A stretch of 64,000 nucleotides of DNA from an uncultured delta proteobacterium (GCA_963737265.1 CAVTRY010000019.1:1-64000), one strand, 5' to 3'. Shown: positions 36,746 to 48,074, counted from the first letter of the stretch. Numbers and translations are program-made. Notes: a model not told the origin generated them from the sequence alone.

Positions 36746-36800
36746 GGAACGCCACCCACCACCATCGACGTGTTAGGGCAAAGCTTGAGCGGCGCGCACC

Positions 36801-37857
36801 TCACCCTTCCATCAGCCTCCAGAAGACACCGTCGAAGATTCTTCGCCGCAGGCCTTTTCCTGGGTTGCGGAACAGCCACTCGATGAACCAGCACAGCGGC
36901 AACTTGCGATTGGTCATGAGGTTGAAGATGCGCACCTGCTTGCGGTGGTCGGCGACCATTTTGGCCAGGATCTCTTCACCTTCCGCGTCGCCGAGGATGA
37001 ACTTGGCCACGCCTTCACCGCTGCGCATGGCAAACCAGATCCCCTCGGTGGTCACCGGATTGAGGAAGCCGCCAGCGTCGCCTATCAGGTAGGTGTTGCC
37101 GAATCTCCACCCGCGATAGTCCGCATTTCCCTTCATCGCCTCGTGCGGCGTCCTGTCCGGATCGATGGCGAAGGTCTGCGCAATCCAGCGCTTGGCGCGC
37201 GCAGCGACCGCCGCATCGAAGGTCTCGCCAGCCCAGGCCAGCCCGGCCATGGTCTGGTTGCGGTTTTTCGGCATCATGTAGCCGTAGGCGCCCTTGAATT
37301 CGCGCGGCACCCAATGCATTTGAAACTCGGTGCAAGGGCGATCCAAGATGTAGTGCAAGGCCCAACCGACGACATTCTTCGACGGCAGCCCAAGGTATTT
37401 GCGTACCCTCGACAGCGAGCCGTCGGCACCGACCAGGTGCCGGTAGCCGTATCTGCCGTGGTCGGTGTCGACGAAATCGCGGGTGATTCGTCGCACCGGC
37501 TCGGAGAAATGGACCTCGGCGGTGCAGTCCCTGAGCAGCCGTCCTTCGATGTCCTTGCGTCCGAGCGTCCAAAGGTACGGCCGATCGAACTTCACCGACT
37601 GTTTCGAAACCTTGGGTCGCGACCGAGATTTCGGTCCAAGGAATTCCTCGATCCATCGGCTCGCCGGGAAATGCCTTGGGCGAAATCAAGCCCGAGCAGA
37701 TCTTTTCGCCAAGCCCCGCGCTCTTTTCAAGCACCAGAACTTTCTTGGACGAGCCGGCCAAATGCTTGGCGCAGGACAGGCCGCCCGGCCCCGCGCCAAT
37801 GATCACGACGTCCACCACGTCGTAGGGGCGGGTGTGAACTGATATTTCCTTCGCCAC
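36801..37857 (-). pseudogene. FAD-dependent oxidoreductase (geranylgeranyl reductase-like), frameshift near 37597
   Basis: IGAGPGG in one frame; VGADGSLS and IGDAGGFLNPVTTEGI in another. Confidence 0.78.
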
Positions 37858-37894
37858 CAGCGCAGTCTAGCGCGCGAAATAGGAGCGCCCAGGT

Positions 37895-38890
37895 CTACTT
37901 TGTCGTGGTGGTGAGGAAACCGTCGGGATGACCGTGGTGCCACTGCCAGGCAGTTTGGATGATCTCTTCCAGGCCAAAGCGCGGCGACCACCCCAGTATC
38001 TCGCGCGCCTTGCGGTTGTCGGCAAATACGGTCGCGGGATCGCCGGGCCTGCGCTCCACCATCTCGGCCGGAATGTCCACGCCGCTTAGGCGGCGGGCCT
38101 TGTCCAGGACCTCCTTGACCGAGGCCCCTTGGCCGGTGCCGATGTTGAAAACGTCCGATCGCCCGGTTCGCGCCAGGAAATCGAGCGCGCGGGCGTGCGC
38201 TTCGGCCAGGTCGAGCACGTGGATGTAGTCGCGGATGGCGGTTCCGTCGGGCGTGGGATAGTCGGTGCCGAACACGCGCAAAACGGGTTCGCGCCGAGTG
38301 GCCACCTTCATCACCACGGGAATGAGGTTCTGCACGTAGCGCGGATCCTCGCCGTTGGCTCCGTCGAGCGCCGCGCCGGCCGCGTTGAAGTAGCGCAAGG
38401 CGACGCTGCGCAACCCGTGGCAAACGTCGTACCACTTGAGCATCCGTTCGACGATGAGCTTGCTTTCGCCGTACGGGTTTTCTGGGTGCAGGGGAGCGCT
38501 CTCGCCGACCGGCAGGGCAGCCGGCGTACCGTAGACCGCGGCCGTCGACGAGAAAACGAACTTGCGCACGCCTGACTGGCAAACCGCATCCAGCAGTCGC
38601 AGCGTCCCGTGCACGTTGTTGTCGAAGTACTTCGCCGGATTCGTCATCGACTCGCCCGCGGCCTTGTAAGCGGCGAAGTGAATGACCGCTTCGAGCTGGT
38701 GATCGCCGATAACCTGGCCGACGAGCTTGCTGTCGCGGGTGTTGCCGACGACCAAGGGAATGTCGCCAACGGCCTGGCGATAGCCGAGCTCCAGGCTGTC
38801 GAGCACGACCACGAAATCCCCGCGCTCACGCAGGAGCGCGGCGGAGTGCGAACCGATATAGCCGGCGCCGCCGGTGATGAGTACGCGCAT
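37895..38890 (-). CDS. galE: UDP-glucose 4-epimerase
   Basis: TGGAGYIGSH, HFAA, YGESK, LRYFNAAG, TPDGTAIRDYIHV. Confidence 0.95.
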   Translation of the reverse strand: MRVLITGGAGYIGSHSAALLRERGDFVVVLDSLELGYRQAVGDIPLVVGNTRDSKLVGQVIGDHQLEAVIHFAAYKAAGESMTNPAKYFDNNVHGTLRLLDAVCQSGVRKFVFSSTAAVYGTPAALPVGESAPLHPENPYGESKLIVERMLKWYDVCHGLRSVALRYFNAAGAALDGANGEDPRYVQNLIPVVMKVATRREPVLRVFGTDYPTPDGTAIRDYIHVLDLAEAHARALDFLARTGRSDVFNIGTGQGASVKEVLDKARRLSGVDIPAEMVERRPGDPATVFADNRKAREILGWSPRFGLEEIIQTAWQWHHGHPDGFLTTTTK

Positions 38891-38895
38891 GGCGC

Positions 38896-40308
38896 TTACC
38901 GGTTGAGGATATGGATGGCTTCGCCCTGCGCGGCTTTCGCTGCCTCCATGATGGCCTCGGGCAGCGTCGGATGCGGGTGAATCGTCATACCCACGTCGCC
39001 CGCCAGCGCGCCCATTTCGATGGCCAACGCGGCCTCGCTGATGATGTCGCCGGCGCCCTGGCCAACCACGTGAATACCAAGTACCTCGCCGCCGTCGATG
39101 TCGATGATGACCTTGGCGAAGCCATCGGTGTCGTAGTTGGCGATGGCGCGCCCCAAGGCGGAGAAGGGAAACTTGCCCACCTTGATCTTGTGGCCCTGCT
39201 TCTCCGCCTCCTCGGCGGTAAGTCCCGCGCTGGCGATTTCGGGATCCGTGAACACCACGGCGGGTATCACCTTGGCATCCATCTCGGCTGCCTTGCCCGC
39301 GATGACCTCGGCCGCGACTTCAGCCTCGCGCGAAGCTTTGTGCGCCAGCATGGGCTGGCCGGCGACGTCGCCGATGGCGAAAATATTGGGCACGCTGGTG
39401 CGCATCTGGCGGTCCACGGTGACAAAGCCGCCCGCGGTCTTCACGCCCGCGATTTCCAAACCGAGCTCCTCGATGTTGGGGCGCCGGCCGACGGCGACCA
39501 GCACCTTGTCCGCCTCAAGCTCGATGAGGCCGTCGTTGTTTTCCACGGCGAGGCTGGCCGAATTGCCTTTCTCGGTCAGCCCCTTGGCCTTGGCGCCAAG
39601 CAGAACCTCCAGGCCAAGTTTCTTTGCTTTGCGCGCGACGACTTGGACGCATTCGGGATCGCTGCCGGGCAAAATCGTGGGCAATGCCTCGACGAAGGTG
39701 ACCTTGCTGCCGAGCTTGGCGTACAGCGTGCCGATCTCCATGCCGATGTAGCCGGCGCCGACGACCACCAGGCGCGGCGGGATCTCGGTGAAGGCGAGGG
39801 CGCCGGTGGAATCGACGATGCGCTTGCCGTCGAAGGGCAGGCTGGGGATGGCGACCGGACGCGAGCCGGTCGCGATGATGATGTGCTCGGCCTCGACGAG
39901 AATTTCTTCCTCGGAATCCGGATGCGTGATGCGGACGGTGTGCGCGGAGAGCAGCGTTGCCGTGCCCTGGCGGTAGTCGCAGCCATTGGCCTTCAACAGC
40001 TGGCGCACGCCCGAGGTGAGCTTGCCGACCACGCTGTCCTTCCATTTTTGCATGCGGGCCAGATCGACGCGCAGGTTGTCGACGTGAATTCCCATCTCTG
40101 CGCCGTGACCCGCCTTCTCGTACAGCTTGGCCGCGTTGATGAGCGCCTTCGACGGGATGCAGCCCACGTTCAGGCATACGCCCCCCGGCGCGGCCTTCTC
40201 GATGACAAGGGCCTTCTTGCCTAGCTGACCAAGTCGAATGCCCGCTACGTAGCCACCTGGGCCAGCCCCGATGACCACGGCTTCCACTTTCAGGATTTCT
40301 GTGCTCAC
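38896..40308 (-). CDS. lpdA: Dihydrolipoyl dehydrogenase
   Basis: [27 protein letters not shown]. Confidence 0.95.
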   Translation of the reverse strand: MSTEILKVEAVVIGAGPGGYVAGIRLGQLGKKALVIEKAAPGGVCLNVGCIPSKALINAAKLYEKAGHGAEMGIHVDNLRVDLARMQKWKDSVVGKLTSGVRQLLKANGCDYRQGTATLLSAHTVRITHPDSEEEILVEAEHIIIATGSRPVAIPSLPFDGKRIVDSTGALAFTEIPPRLVVVGAGYIGMEIGTLYAKLGSKVTFVEALPTILPGSDPECVQVVARKAKKLGLEVLLGAKAKGLTEKGNSASLAVENNDGLIELEADKVLVAVGRRPNIEELGLEIAGVKTAGGFVTVDRQMRTSVPNIFAIGDVAGQPMLAHKASREAEVAAEVIAGKAAEMDAKVIPAVVFTDPEIASAGLTAEEAEKQGHKIKVGKFPFSALGRAIANYDTDGFAKVIIDIDGGEVLGIHVVGQGAGDIISEAALAIEMGALAGDVGMTIHPHPTLPEAIMEAAKAAQGEAIHILNR

Positions 40309-40363
40309 GGACGAATTCTTAGCATCGAATTAGCCCCCAAGCGCGAAATCGGACCCATACTCC

Positions 40364-41301
40364 CTAATCCGACAATATCTCGGCGATCCGTTGGTTGAGC
40401 CAGCTTTGCATGCGGAAGTTCTTGATGTAGCCGCAATGGCCACCGTATTGGGTAATTTCGACCGACAGGCAGGGTGGCCGCGCCAGCCTTTCGAGGTGAC
40501 GGACGTCGATGACGGGATCGTCGGCCGCTGCGATGATGTGCGACGGGACGGTAAGGCCGCGCAGGACATCGTCGGCGATGGCGTAGGCCATGAAATAGTT
40601 GAGCGGCGTGGCGAACTCGGTCAGATGCGGCACGAAGTAGTCGTTCATGGTGCGCAAGCTGTGGCGGCGGCGCAGGGCTTTCCCGTAACCGAGATCGGGA
40701 TAGAGCGCGAGCTTGCGGCGCAGCGAGCGTTTCCACTTGAAAAGGAAATAGGCGTGATAGATGAAGAAACCCCGTTCGAGATCGTCCATGGTCAAGTGGG
40801 GCAGGATGGCCGGGCAGATGGCGACGACCTTGGCGAGGTCGATCCCGGCCGCGGGCGTGTGCCGGGCCAGCCGACGAGAAAGTGGCGCTGGTGCGGGTAT
40901 CGTCGATCCACGGCGGCGAGCGCTTGCACGACTTCGCGTAGGCGCGTGCAGGTGAATGGCTCGCGATTGAGCGCGTGGCTTTTACCGTGATCGCGCAGGT
41001 TCAGCCGGAAGATATCGAAGCCGGCATCGAACAGGTGTCCCGCCGCGGAAAGAACGTAGAGCGACTCGGCGCTGCCTTCCCAGCCGTGGATGATGGTGAC
41101 CAAATCGCGCGGCCGATCGCCGTGGCCGCTATAAATGCCGGCCAGCCGCACCCCTTCGCCAGCATCAAGGATTACTGGCTGTGCGTGCTGGCGTAGAGCT
41201 TTCCAGGTTCTTCGCCGCAGGAACCGGCGCGGCTCCGACGTGGCGAAGATGGTTTGGACGTGGCGATGGCGGAGCAGCAGGGGAGGGCAAAAGGGTTGCA
41301 C
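40364..41301 (-). pseudogene. YheT-like alpha/beta hydrolase lacking nucleophile motif, frameshifted near 40870
   Basis: HVQT, HGWEGS, LNLRDHG, AADDPVI and GGHCG present; the G-x-S-x-G segment after HFLVG is absent. Confidence 0.8.
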
Positions 41302-41310
41302 GGCTTTGGG

Positions 41311-42499
41311 CTAGGCGCGACGGGTCGCCGCCAGCATACACGCAATGCCGTGGTCGAAACTGGCCGGCGGGGCGAGCAGGCTGACGACCAGGGTCGCGCC
41401 GAGGCGCACATCGAAGAAATAGCCTGGCTGCACTAGAACACCGTCATCGCGCACGAGGCGCAGCGCCCATTCCTCGTCGCTCATGATTTCCGGCACGCGC
41501 ACGATGGCGGACCAGCCCGCCTCCGCCGGCAGCAACGTGCAAGGCGAGCGCGCACCGATTGCGTTGGCGAGCGCGGCTCGATTGCGCACGACGCGGGTTT
41601 GGATGGCTTGGCGAATATCCGCCCCCGCGTTCGAGCAGCCGTGGCAGCGCCAGTTGCACCGGCGCGCCGACGGACAAATAGGTGTCGGCCACCAGATCCA
41701 AATTGGCGAGCGCGGGCTCGACCAAGGATCGTGGCCCGGTCGCGGCGATCCAGCCTAACTTCATCTGCGGCAACCCGCTCGCCTTCGAGAGTCCGCCGAG
41801 GGAAAAGGTCAGCGACGGAAGTTGCCGGCCGGAAATGGCGGTCACCGCGTCGGTCGAGGGCGCCAGTGGAAAATCCGCGAAGACTTCGTCCGCGATGAGG
41901 GCCACACCGTGCAGGGCGGTGAGCTCCGCAAGACGATGGCAATCCTCCGCGCTGATGTACGAGCCAGTTGGATTGTTGGGGCTGACCACGACAAGGGCGG
42001 CGACGTTGGCGAAATCCAGGCTTGGAAAATCTATATGCCAGCGTCCGTCGAAGGCCAGGCGGTATGTCCGCGTAACAAGCCCTTCCAGCGCTGCCAGGTA
42101 GTCGAAAAGCGGATAGCTCGGCTCCGGCACCAGCACGGCTTGCCCCGGATCGCCAAGCAGCTTGAAAAGCAGGGCGTACGATTCGCTCGAGCTCGCGGTG
42201 AGCATGATGGCGTCGGCATCGACCCTGGCGCCGCGGCGAGCGTAGTCGGCCGCCACTGCCGCGCGCGCCTGCGCCAGGCCGCGCGGCGACGGTTGATAGG
42301 TCGCCATGGCTGGATCGGCGAAGGACTGCGCGATGGCGTGAACCGGGTAAGGCAGCTCGGCCAGCGTCGGGTTGGAGAGCGTCAGATCGAAAAACGGCAG
42401 GCCGCTCGCTTGCCGCTCGGCCTCGGCGCGCGCCAGGGCATTTTCCTGCGTGCCCCAAGCCAGCCGGCGCGAAAAGCGTACGCACCGGGACGCTGTCAC
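41311..42499 (-). pseudogene. Class I/II PLP aminotransferase, frameshift near 41625
   Basis: LTASSSESY, PSYPLF, VSPNNPTG, DEVF, GLSKASGLPQMKLGW; C-terminus GWSAIVRVP...QPGYFFD in another frame. Confidence 0.8.
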
Positions 42500-43266
42500 A
42501 GAAGGCCCACGTCCTCGGCGCGCACGTATCCTTCGAGGCCGTTGGCCAGGCGGACGCGCAACCAATCTTGGTCGCGCTCGAGCACGCGCACGCGCAGGCC
42601 GCTGTGAACCTCGAAGCTGGTGCGGAAGTTGGTGTCGGCGCCTTCCTTTACCGCCACCGTGTCGGGGAGTACGACGGCGAAAGGAATGCGGTCGAGGTTG
42701 ATGCGGCCGAGCACGAGCAGCCCGGCCAGCAGCGCGCCCATGCCAAGAATAGCGGCCCCGGTGGTGACGGCCAAGCGCGAATCTTGGGCCATGCGCCGAC
42801 GCACGAACAGCAGCGCGAAGCAGCCTGTGTAGAGGCCACAAAAAAGCCAGACCACCGTCGACGGGCTGACGTAGTTGACGGAACGGCTCCACAGTGCCTC
42901 GCGTTCAGTGCCTTCCAGTTTGTCGTGTGCTCGCTGATCGGCCAGCTTGCGCGACTGCGCAAGATTGAAGCGCGCATCTTCGTCGTCGGGCGCAACCACG
43001 AGCGCGCGTTCGAATGCCCAAATAGCGCGGCCAAGGCGGCCTAGGCGAAAGTAGGTGACGCCGAGGTTGTAGTAGAGATCGGCCGACACGACCTGTTGCT
43101 TGTCGAGCTGCTCGTAGGCAGCGGCAGCGGCCACGTAATCGCCGCGCAGATGGGCTTCGTTGCCACGCTTCCACGCTTCGTCCAGGGTATCGGCGCGAGC
43201 CAACGGCGCCATCGCGCCCAGGACCAGGACAAGCAGCAGAGCTGTTCGGCGCGCGTGCAAGCTCAT
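42496..43266 (-). CDS. BatE-like TPR + SH3 membrane protein
   Basis: LYYNLGVTYFRLGRLGRAI, DARFNL; C-terminal EVHSGLRV...WLRVRLANGLEGYV. Confidence 0.85.
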   Translation of the reverse strand: MSLHARRTALLLVLVLGAMAPLARADTLDEAWKRGNEAHLRGDYVAAAAAYEQLDKQQVVSADLYYNLGVTYFRLGRLGRAIWAFERALVVAPDDEDARFNLAQSRKLADQRAHDKLEGTEREALWSRSVNYVSPSTVVWLFCGLYTGCFALLFVRRRMAQDSRLAVTTGAAILGMGALLAGLLVLGRINLDRIPFAVVLPDTVAVKEGADTNFRTSFEVHSGLRVRVLERDQDWLRVRLANGLEGYVRAEDVGLL

Positions 43267-45152
43267 GCGACACCCGCGATTTTCTCGAATTCCTCGATGA
43301 TCTCGCTGGCCTCGTCGATGGCGGCGCTGGCCTCCTCGGCTGTGATGCTGCCGAGGGCGAAGCGCGCGCGGTCGCAGGTATCGAGGGCCGCGACGGTGCT
43401 GTCGACCAGCGCCTCGCGCGCGCCGGCTTGGCCCAGGGCCACGCGGAGCTCGTCGCGGGACATGCCGACCACGGTGTGGCCGATTCGGCTGGTCAGAAAC
43501 TCGCGCAGCACCCGCTCGATTTCGCCCAGCGCCGGGGCCAGACGGTTTTCGCGCAGATGGGCCGCGGCGGTACGCAGGCGGCGATCGGCGGAACGGCGCA
43601 ATTTACGGCGACGTTTGCCTTCGCTTTCTTGACCGAGGCGGGTGCGCGCCACGCCGAATAGGCCGACGAATGCCAGCAAGAGGGGCGGCGCGAGCACCAC
43701 GCCGAGCAACACCGGCGAGCGGAACAGCGCTGAGCCATAGTCGCGCCGTAGCGTCGTGCGATTGCGCAACGGCCGGACGTTGAGCGCCAGCAGGTTCTCG
43801 CTGCCGGTGGAGGCGGGCGCAGGCGCGGCGGCGGCCATATTCGCATTTTGCGCGCGTGCCTCGCCTGTCACCACCAGAGACAGGGGTGCTGTTTTCAAGG
43901 TGGAGTAGGTCGCCTTGTGGGTATCGAAGTAGGTGAAGACGAAGGGAGGGATGGCAAACGTGCCCGGCCGCTCCGGCAGCAGCAGGTATTCGGTGGTCTT
44001 GCTGCCGCCCACTTCGTCGCTGCGATTCATTTGCACGCTGGTCTTGGGCTCGTAAACCTTCCATCCGTCCAGACGTGCCATGACGGGTAGGGCGACTTTG
44101 CGCAGATTTCCCTGGCCGTCCAAGCGCAGCTTCAGCGTGACGGCGTCGCCCACTTGAACATGGTCGCGGTCGAGCTCGGCGGCAAGCGAGAAACGTCCGA
44201 CCGCCGACGGGTCGAATCCGGCGGGCGCGCCCGCCGGTAGGGGCACGATCTCGATGGTGACCGGATCGGCTTTCAAGTGCTCGCTGTGCAAGGTGGCGCC
44301 GAAAAAATCCACGCGCGAGATGTCCGCTTCGAGCGGCGTGATGGTGTAGTGGCCGGGCTTGAGCCCGAACAGGGCTTTGCGCAAGAGCGGCGCGACCAAG
44401 AAGACGCGGCCCTCCAGCACTTGTTCCGTGAGGGCGAGGCCGCCGCGTTGGTTGGGAACATCCAAGTCCTCGACCCAAAACCCGTCGGTGCGCGGCTCTT
44501 TGGTGGGCGCGTAGTTGTTCTGCCGTTCGGTCAGATACAGAAACCACTCTGCCGTGACCTGTTCCCCGGCAAAGGCCTTGGTCTTGCTCGGCACCATACG
44601 CAGAAAATTGCGGCGTCCGGCCGGCTTTGCCGCTTCGGGGACTGGCGCGGGCTCGGGTTCAGGTTCTGGCTCGGGTTCCATGCCAGGAAAGAAGAAGTTG
44701 GGGTTCGGAAAGCCGGGAATGCCGCGCGCCTGCTGTTGTCGCGGCCGAGGTGCTTGGCCCGCGTCCACGACCGTCACGTTCAATTTTTCCGTGCGTAGCT
44801 CATGGCCATCGACGAGAACGGTGGCTGGTCCGACGGTGAGCTTGCCGCGCTGGAGCGGCACCAGGTCGTATTGCCAGGTGTAGATCTGGCGCATGAAGCT
44901 GCCGCCGCCGCCCATCTGAATCTGGGTGGACTGGCTCGGGCGCTGGCCGACGATACGAAAGCCGCGAAAGTCGGGCGGCCGATAGTCCTGCATCTTGCCG
45001 TTGTCGGCGGACAGGGTGATTTCCACTGGGAAGGCTTCGCCCACGCCCACGGGATTGCGGCCGAGGCGTGCGGAAAACGACGGCCCTTGCGCCAAGGCCG
45101 TGGCGGCGAAGAGGTATGCGCCCAGGGCGGGCAGACAAGAGTACGCGCGCAT
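43263..45152 (-). CDS. BatD-family protein
   Basis: Signal peptide, repeated beta-sandwich segments, AVGRFSL, GQGNL; operon context. Confidence 0.85.
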   Translation of the reverse strand: MRAYSCLPALGAYLFAATALAQGPSFSARLGRNPVGVGEAFPVEITLSADNGKMQDYRPPDFRGFRIVGQRPSQSTQIQMGGGGSFMRQIYTWQYDLVPLQRGKLTVGPATVLVDGHELRTEKLNVTVVDAGQAPRPRQQQARGIPGFPNPNFFFPGMEPEPEPEPEPAPVPEAAKPAGRRNFLRMVPSKTKAFAGEQVTAEWFLYLTERQNNYAPTKEPRTDGFWVEDLDVPNQRGGLALTEQVLEGRVFLVAPLLRKALFGLKPGHYTITPLEADISRVDFFGATLHSEHLKADPVTIEIVPLPAGAPAGFDPSAVGRFSLAAELDRDHVQVGDAVTLKLRLDGQGNLRKVALPVMARLDGWKVYEPKTSVQMNRSDEVGGSKTTEYLLLPERPGTFAIPPFVFTYFDTHKATYSTLKTAPLSLVVTGEARAQNANMAAAAPAPASTGSENLLALNVRPLRNRTTLRRDYGSALFRSPVLLGVVLAPPLLLAFVGLFGVARTRLGQESEGKRRRKLRRSADRRLRTAAAHLRENRLAPALGEIERVLREFLTSRIGHTVVGMSRDELRVALGQAGAREALVDSTVAALDTCDRARFALGSITAEEASAAIDEASEIIEEFEKIAGVA

Positions 45153-45171
45153 TGCCAGTTCTCTACCAGAC

Positions 45172-47004
45172 TTACCAGTCCTTGGTCGGCGGTGCACGGC
45201 GGACGGCTCGCAGGCGCGCACGCATCTTCTCCAAGTCTTTCGGGCTGTGTTCCAGGTTGTTGAGCACATCATCGATCTCGCGCATATCGGGCGTCTTGTC
45301 ATCCTTTCCGTTGCCGGGCTGCGGTTGCGGCGGCGGCGGGGCGCCGGCATCGCCCTTTTGCGGTTGGTCTTTGGATTGGTCCTGGTCCTTCTTGTCTTGG
45401 TCCTTTTTGTCCTGGTCTTTCTTGTCTTGGTCCTTTTTGTCCTGCTTGTTTTGATCCTGCTTGTCCTTCTTGTCTTGGTCTTGCTTCTTGTCGTCTTTCT
45501 TGTCTTGGTCCTTGTTCTTCTCGTCCTCCTTTTTTTTGTCCTCTTCCTTCTTCTTCTGCAGCGCCAATTCCAGGTTCCACTTCGCGCGTGCGTTCGACGG
45601 GTCGAGCGACAGGGCATGGCGGTAGGCGGCGATGGCGTCTTCGTATTTGTTGTTTTTGAAGTGGCTGTTGCCGAGGTTGTAGAAGGCCGACGCTTTCAGC
45701 CCCGGCACGGCGGTCTGGGTGGCGCGCAGGAATTCCGCGCCGGCCTCTTCGAAGCGCGAAAGGGCAAAGAGGGCGTTGCCACGATTGAAATGCACGCCCG
45801 CATCGTTCGGAAGCTCGGCGACCGCTTTGTCGTACTGGGACAGCGCCTCCTCGGCTTTGCCATTCTTCATGCTGGCATTGCCGCTTTCGACCGCGCGGTT
45901 GTTCCGCTCGACCGGACTCCACGCGCCGAGGAAGGGCAAGAGCAGCAAGAGCAGCGCCAAAGCTTGCGGTACCGGCGCCTTCTTCACCGCGCGCTCACGG
46001 CGGCGCTCGCCTAGGCAGGCTTCGATGAGCAGCAGCAACAGGGCCGGAACGAGCAGATACTCGAAGACTTCGTCATATTGCTTGACCAGACGGGATTCGT
46101 TCTCGGTGCGCTTGAGCCCCGCCAGCGCGGCCTCGATGGCTTCCACGCCGAAGTGTTGGGCGTCGGCGCGCAAGTAGCCGCCGCCGGTCTTGGCCGCGAT
46201 TTGCGCCAGTAAATCCTCGTCCAGGCGCGAGGTGACGTACTTGCCGTCGCGATCCTTGATGTAGCCCTCGGCTTGTTCGTTTTCGCCGACCTCGGGAACC
46301 AGCTCGCCGGAGCGCGAGCCGATGCCAACGGCGAAAATCTTGATGCCGAGCTTGGCGGCCTCGTCGGCGACTTCGAGCGGCTGGCTTTCCGTCTCCTCAC
46401 CGTCGGTGAGAAGCAAAATCACCTGGTCGCGCGTCTCGCCGCCTTGGGCGCGCAGGCGGGACAGCATGTCGATGCCGCTCTTGAGCGCGCGGCCGATAGC
46501 GGTACCACCCACCGGCATGTCCGACGGTGAAAGATCACGCCAGAACAATTTCACGGCATCGTAGTCGGTGGTGGGCGGGTAGGTCAGCGTCTCGCCCGCG
46601 AACGCCACCAACCCGACCCGATCGCCCGCCAAATGGTCCATCAGTCGTTCGAGCTCGCGCTTGGCGCGTTCGAGACGCGAAGGATAGATGTCCTTGGCCA
46701 ACATCGACTTGGAGAAGTCGAGCGCCACCACCAGGTCGAGGCCGCGCTGCTTTTCCAGGCGCGCGCGCCCACCGGCCTGGGGCCGCGCCAGGGCCAAGGC
46801 CAAAAGGCCGACGGCCAGACACACCAGGGCCGCGCGCACCACCTTGCGCGGGACCGAGGTCGCCGGCGACATGCGCGCGATGAGCACCGGATTTCCCAGG
46901 CGCCCGAGCAGTCGCCGCCGGTACACGAAGGCGATGGAATAGGCCAAGACTGCTGCCGGCACGAGCAGCAACAGCCACAGCAGGTGTGGATGCGCCAGTC
47001 TCAT
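45172..47004 (-). CDS. BatB/BatC-like fusion: VWA + TPR + QDKK low-complexity tail
   Basis: MIDAS DFSKSM, LTDGE, FNRGNAL, YNLGNS, WNLELAL, terminal KDW. Confidence 0.88.
   Translation of the reverse strand: MRLAHPHLLWLLLLVPAAVLAYSIAFVYRRRLLGRLGNPVLIARMSPATSVPRKVVRAALVCLAVGLLALALARPQAGGRARLEKQRGLDLVVALDFSKSMLAKDIYPSRLERAKRELERLMDHLAGDRVGLVAFAGETLTYPPTTDYDAVKLFWRDLSPSDMPVGGTAIGRALKSGIDMLSRLRAQGGETRDQVILLLTDGEETESQPLEVADEAAKLGIKIFAVGIGSRSGELVPEVGENEQAEGYIKDRDGKYVTSRLDEDLLAQIAAKTGGGYLRADAQHFGVEAIEAALAGLKRTENESRLVKQYDEVFEYLLVPALLLLLIEACLGERRRERAVKKAPVPQALALLLLLLPFLGAWSPVERNNRAVESGNASMKNGKAEEALSQYDKAVAELPNDAGVHFNRGNALFALSRFEEAGAEFLRATQTAVPGLKASAFYNLGNSHFKNNKYEDAIAAYRHALSLDPSNARAKWNLELALQKKKEEDKKKEDEKNKDQDKKDDKKQDQDKKDKQDQNKQDKKDQDKKDQDKKDQDKKDQDQSKDQPQKGDAGAPPPPQPQPGNGKDDKTPDMREIDDVLNNLEHSPKDLEKMRARLRAVRRAPPTKDW
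45380..45555 (-). repeat. Degenerate 15-nt coding tandem repeat (KKDQD)
   Basis: Repeated cttgtcttggtcctt-like units. Confidence 0.8.
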
Positions 47005-48074
47005 GGCAACCTCCGCAATCGGCCCAAGCGCAAGAGCATTTCCAACAACAGCGCCGCGAACGCCGGCCACAGGAAGCTGGGATAGAGCTCGGCCCACAGC
47101 ACGCCGCGATCCTTGATGCGCGACTTTTCCAGATCTTCCAGGATGCTCTGGAATCGCTTCACCAAGGCCGTCGTGTCGGTGGCCAAGTAAGGCGAGCCAC
47201 CGGTCATCGAAGCAATTTCTTCGAGTAGCTTGGGGTTCACGGGATAGCGGGCGCGCCCGCCTTGCGCGTCGTCGGCCTCGGCTGCGCTGTCGCCCGCGCC
47301 GGCCAGGATGGTATAGATTTTCACGCCGAGTTTCTGCGCGAAGGTCGCCGCCTGAATGGGCGAGATGTTACCCGCGTTGTTGTCGCCGTCGGTGAGCAAG
47401 ATGATGACCTTGGAGCGAGCATCGGACTTGCGCAGGCGTGCCAGCGCCACGCCGAGGCCATTGCCGATGGCGGTGCCGCGCCCGTCGACGATGCCCGATT
47501 GCAAGTCGGCGACCATGCGCAACAGCGTCCCGTGGTCCAGCGTCAGCGGCGTGTAGGTGTAGGCGTCGCGGCCGAAGATCACGAGGCCGATGCGATCGCC
47601 GTGGCGCCGGCGCACGAAGTCCTGAATCACGGCTTTTGCCGCTTCCAAGCGATTGGGCACGAGATCGCGCTCTTCCATCGAGCCCGACATGTCGAGCGTG
47701 ATGACGATGTCGATGCCTTCGAGTTCCATGTTGTCATCGCGACTGGATGTTTGCGGGCGAGCCAGGGCGAGCCCAAGCAAGGCGATGGTCAAGAACCGCA
47801 GCGCCGCTGGCAGGTCGCGGAGACGCGCTATCATTCCCGGTCGCTGTGCTGCAAGCTCGCTGGCGCGCGAGTAGACCAGGAAGGCAGGGCGCGCGCGCCG
47901 GCTGCCGAGCCACGCGGCGAGAATCAGGGTGAGCGGAACGACCAGCAGAAACAGCGGGTGGCCGAAGCGAAGATTCTCGAGGCCGCGGAAAAGCCAAAGG
48001 TAGACCAGCGCAGCGGGTACCAACAGCGCGAGCGCGAAACGGTAGGGGATGCGGCCGCGTGCTGAGCTAGACAC
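47001..48074 (-). CDS. BatA-like VWA protein
   Basis: LARPQ, DMSGSM, NRLEAAK, GTAIGNG, LLTDGDNNAG. Confidence 0.9.
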   Translation of the reverse strand: MSSSARGRIPYRFALALLVPAALVYLWLFRGLENLRFGHPLFLLVVPLTLILAAWLGSRRARPAFLVYSRASELAAQRPGMIARLRDLPAALRFLTIALLGLALARPQTSSRDDNMELEGIDIVITLDMSGSMEERDLVPNRLEAAKAVIQDFVRRRHGDRIGLVIFGRDAYTYTPLTLDHGTLLRMVADLQSGIVDGRGTAIGNGLGVALARLRKSDARSKVIILLTDGDNNAGNISPIQAATFAQKLGVKIYTILAGAGDSAAEADDAQGGRARYPVNPKLLEEIASMTGGSPYLATDTTALVKRFQSILEDLEKSRIKDRGVLWAELYPSFLWPAFAALLLEMLLRLGRLRRLP

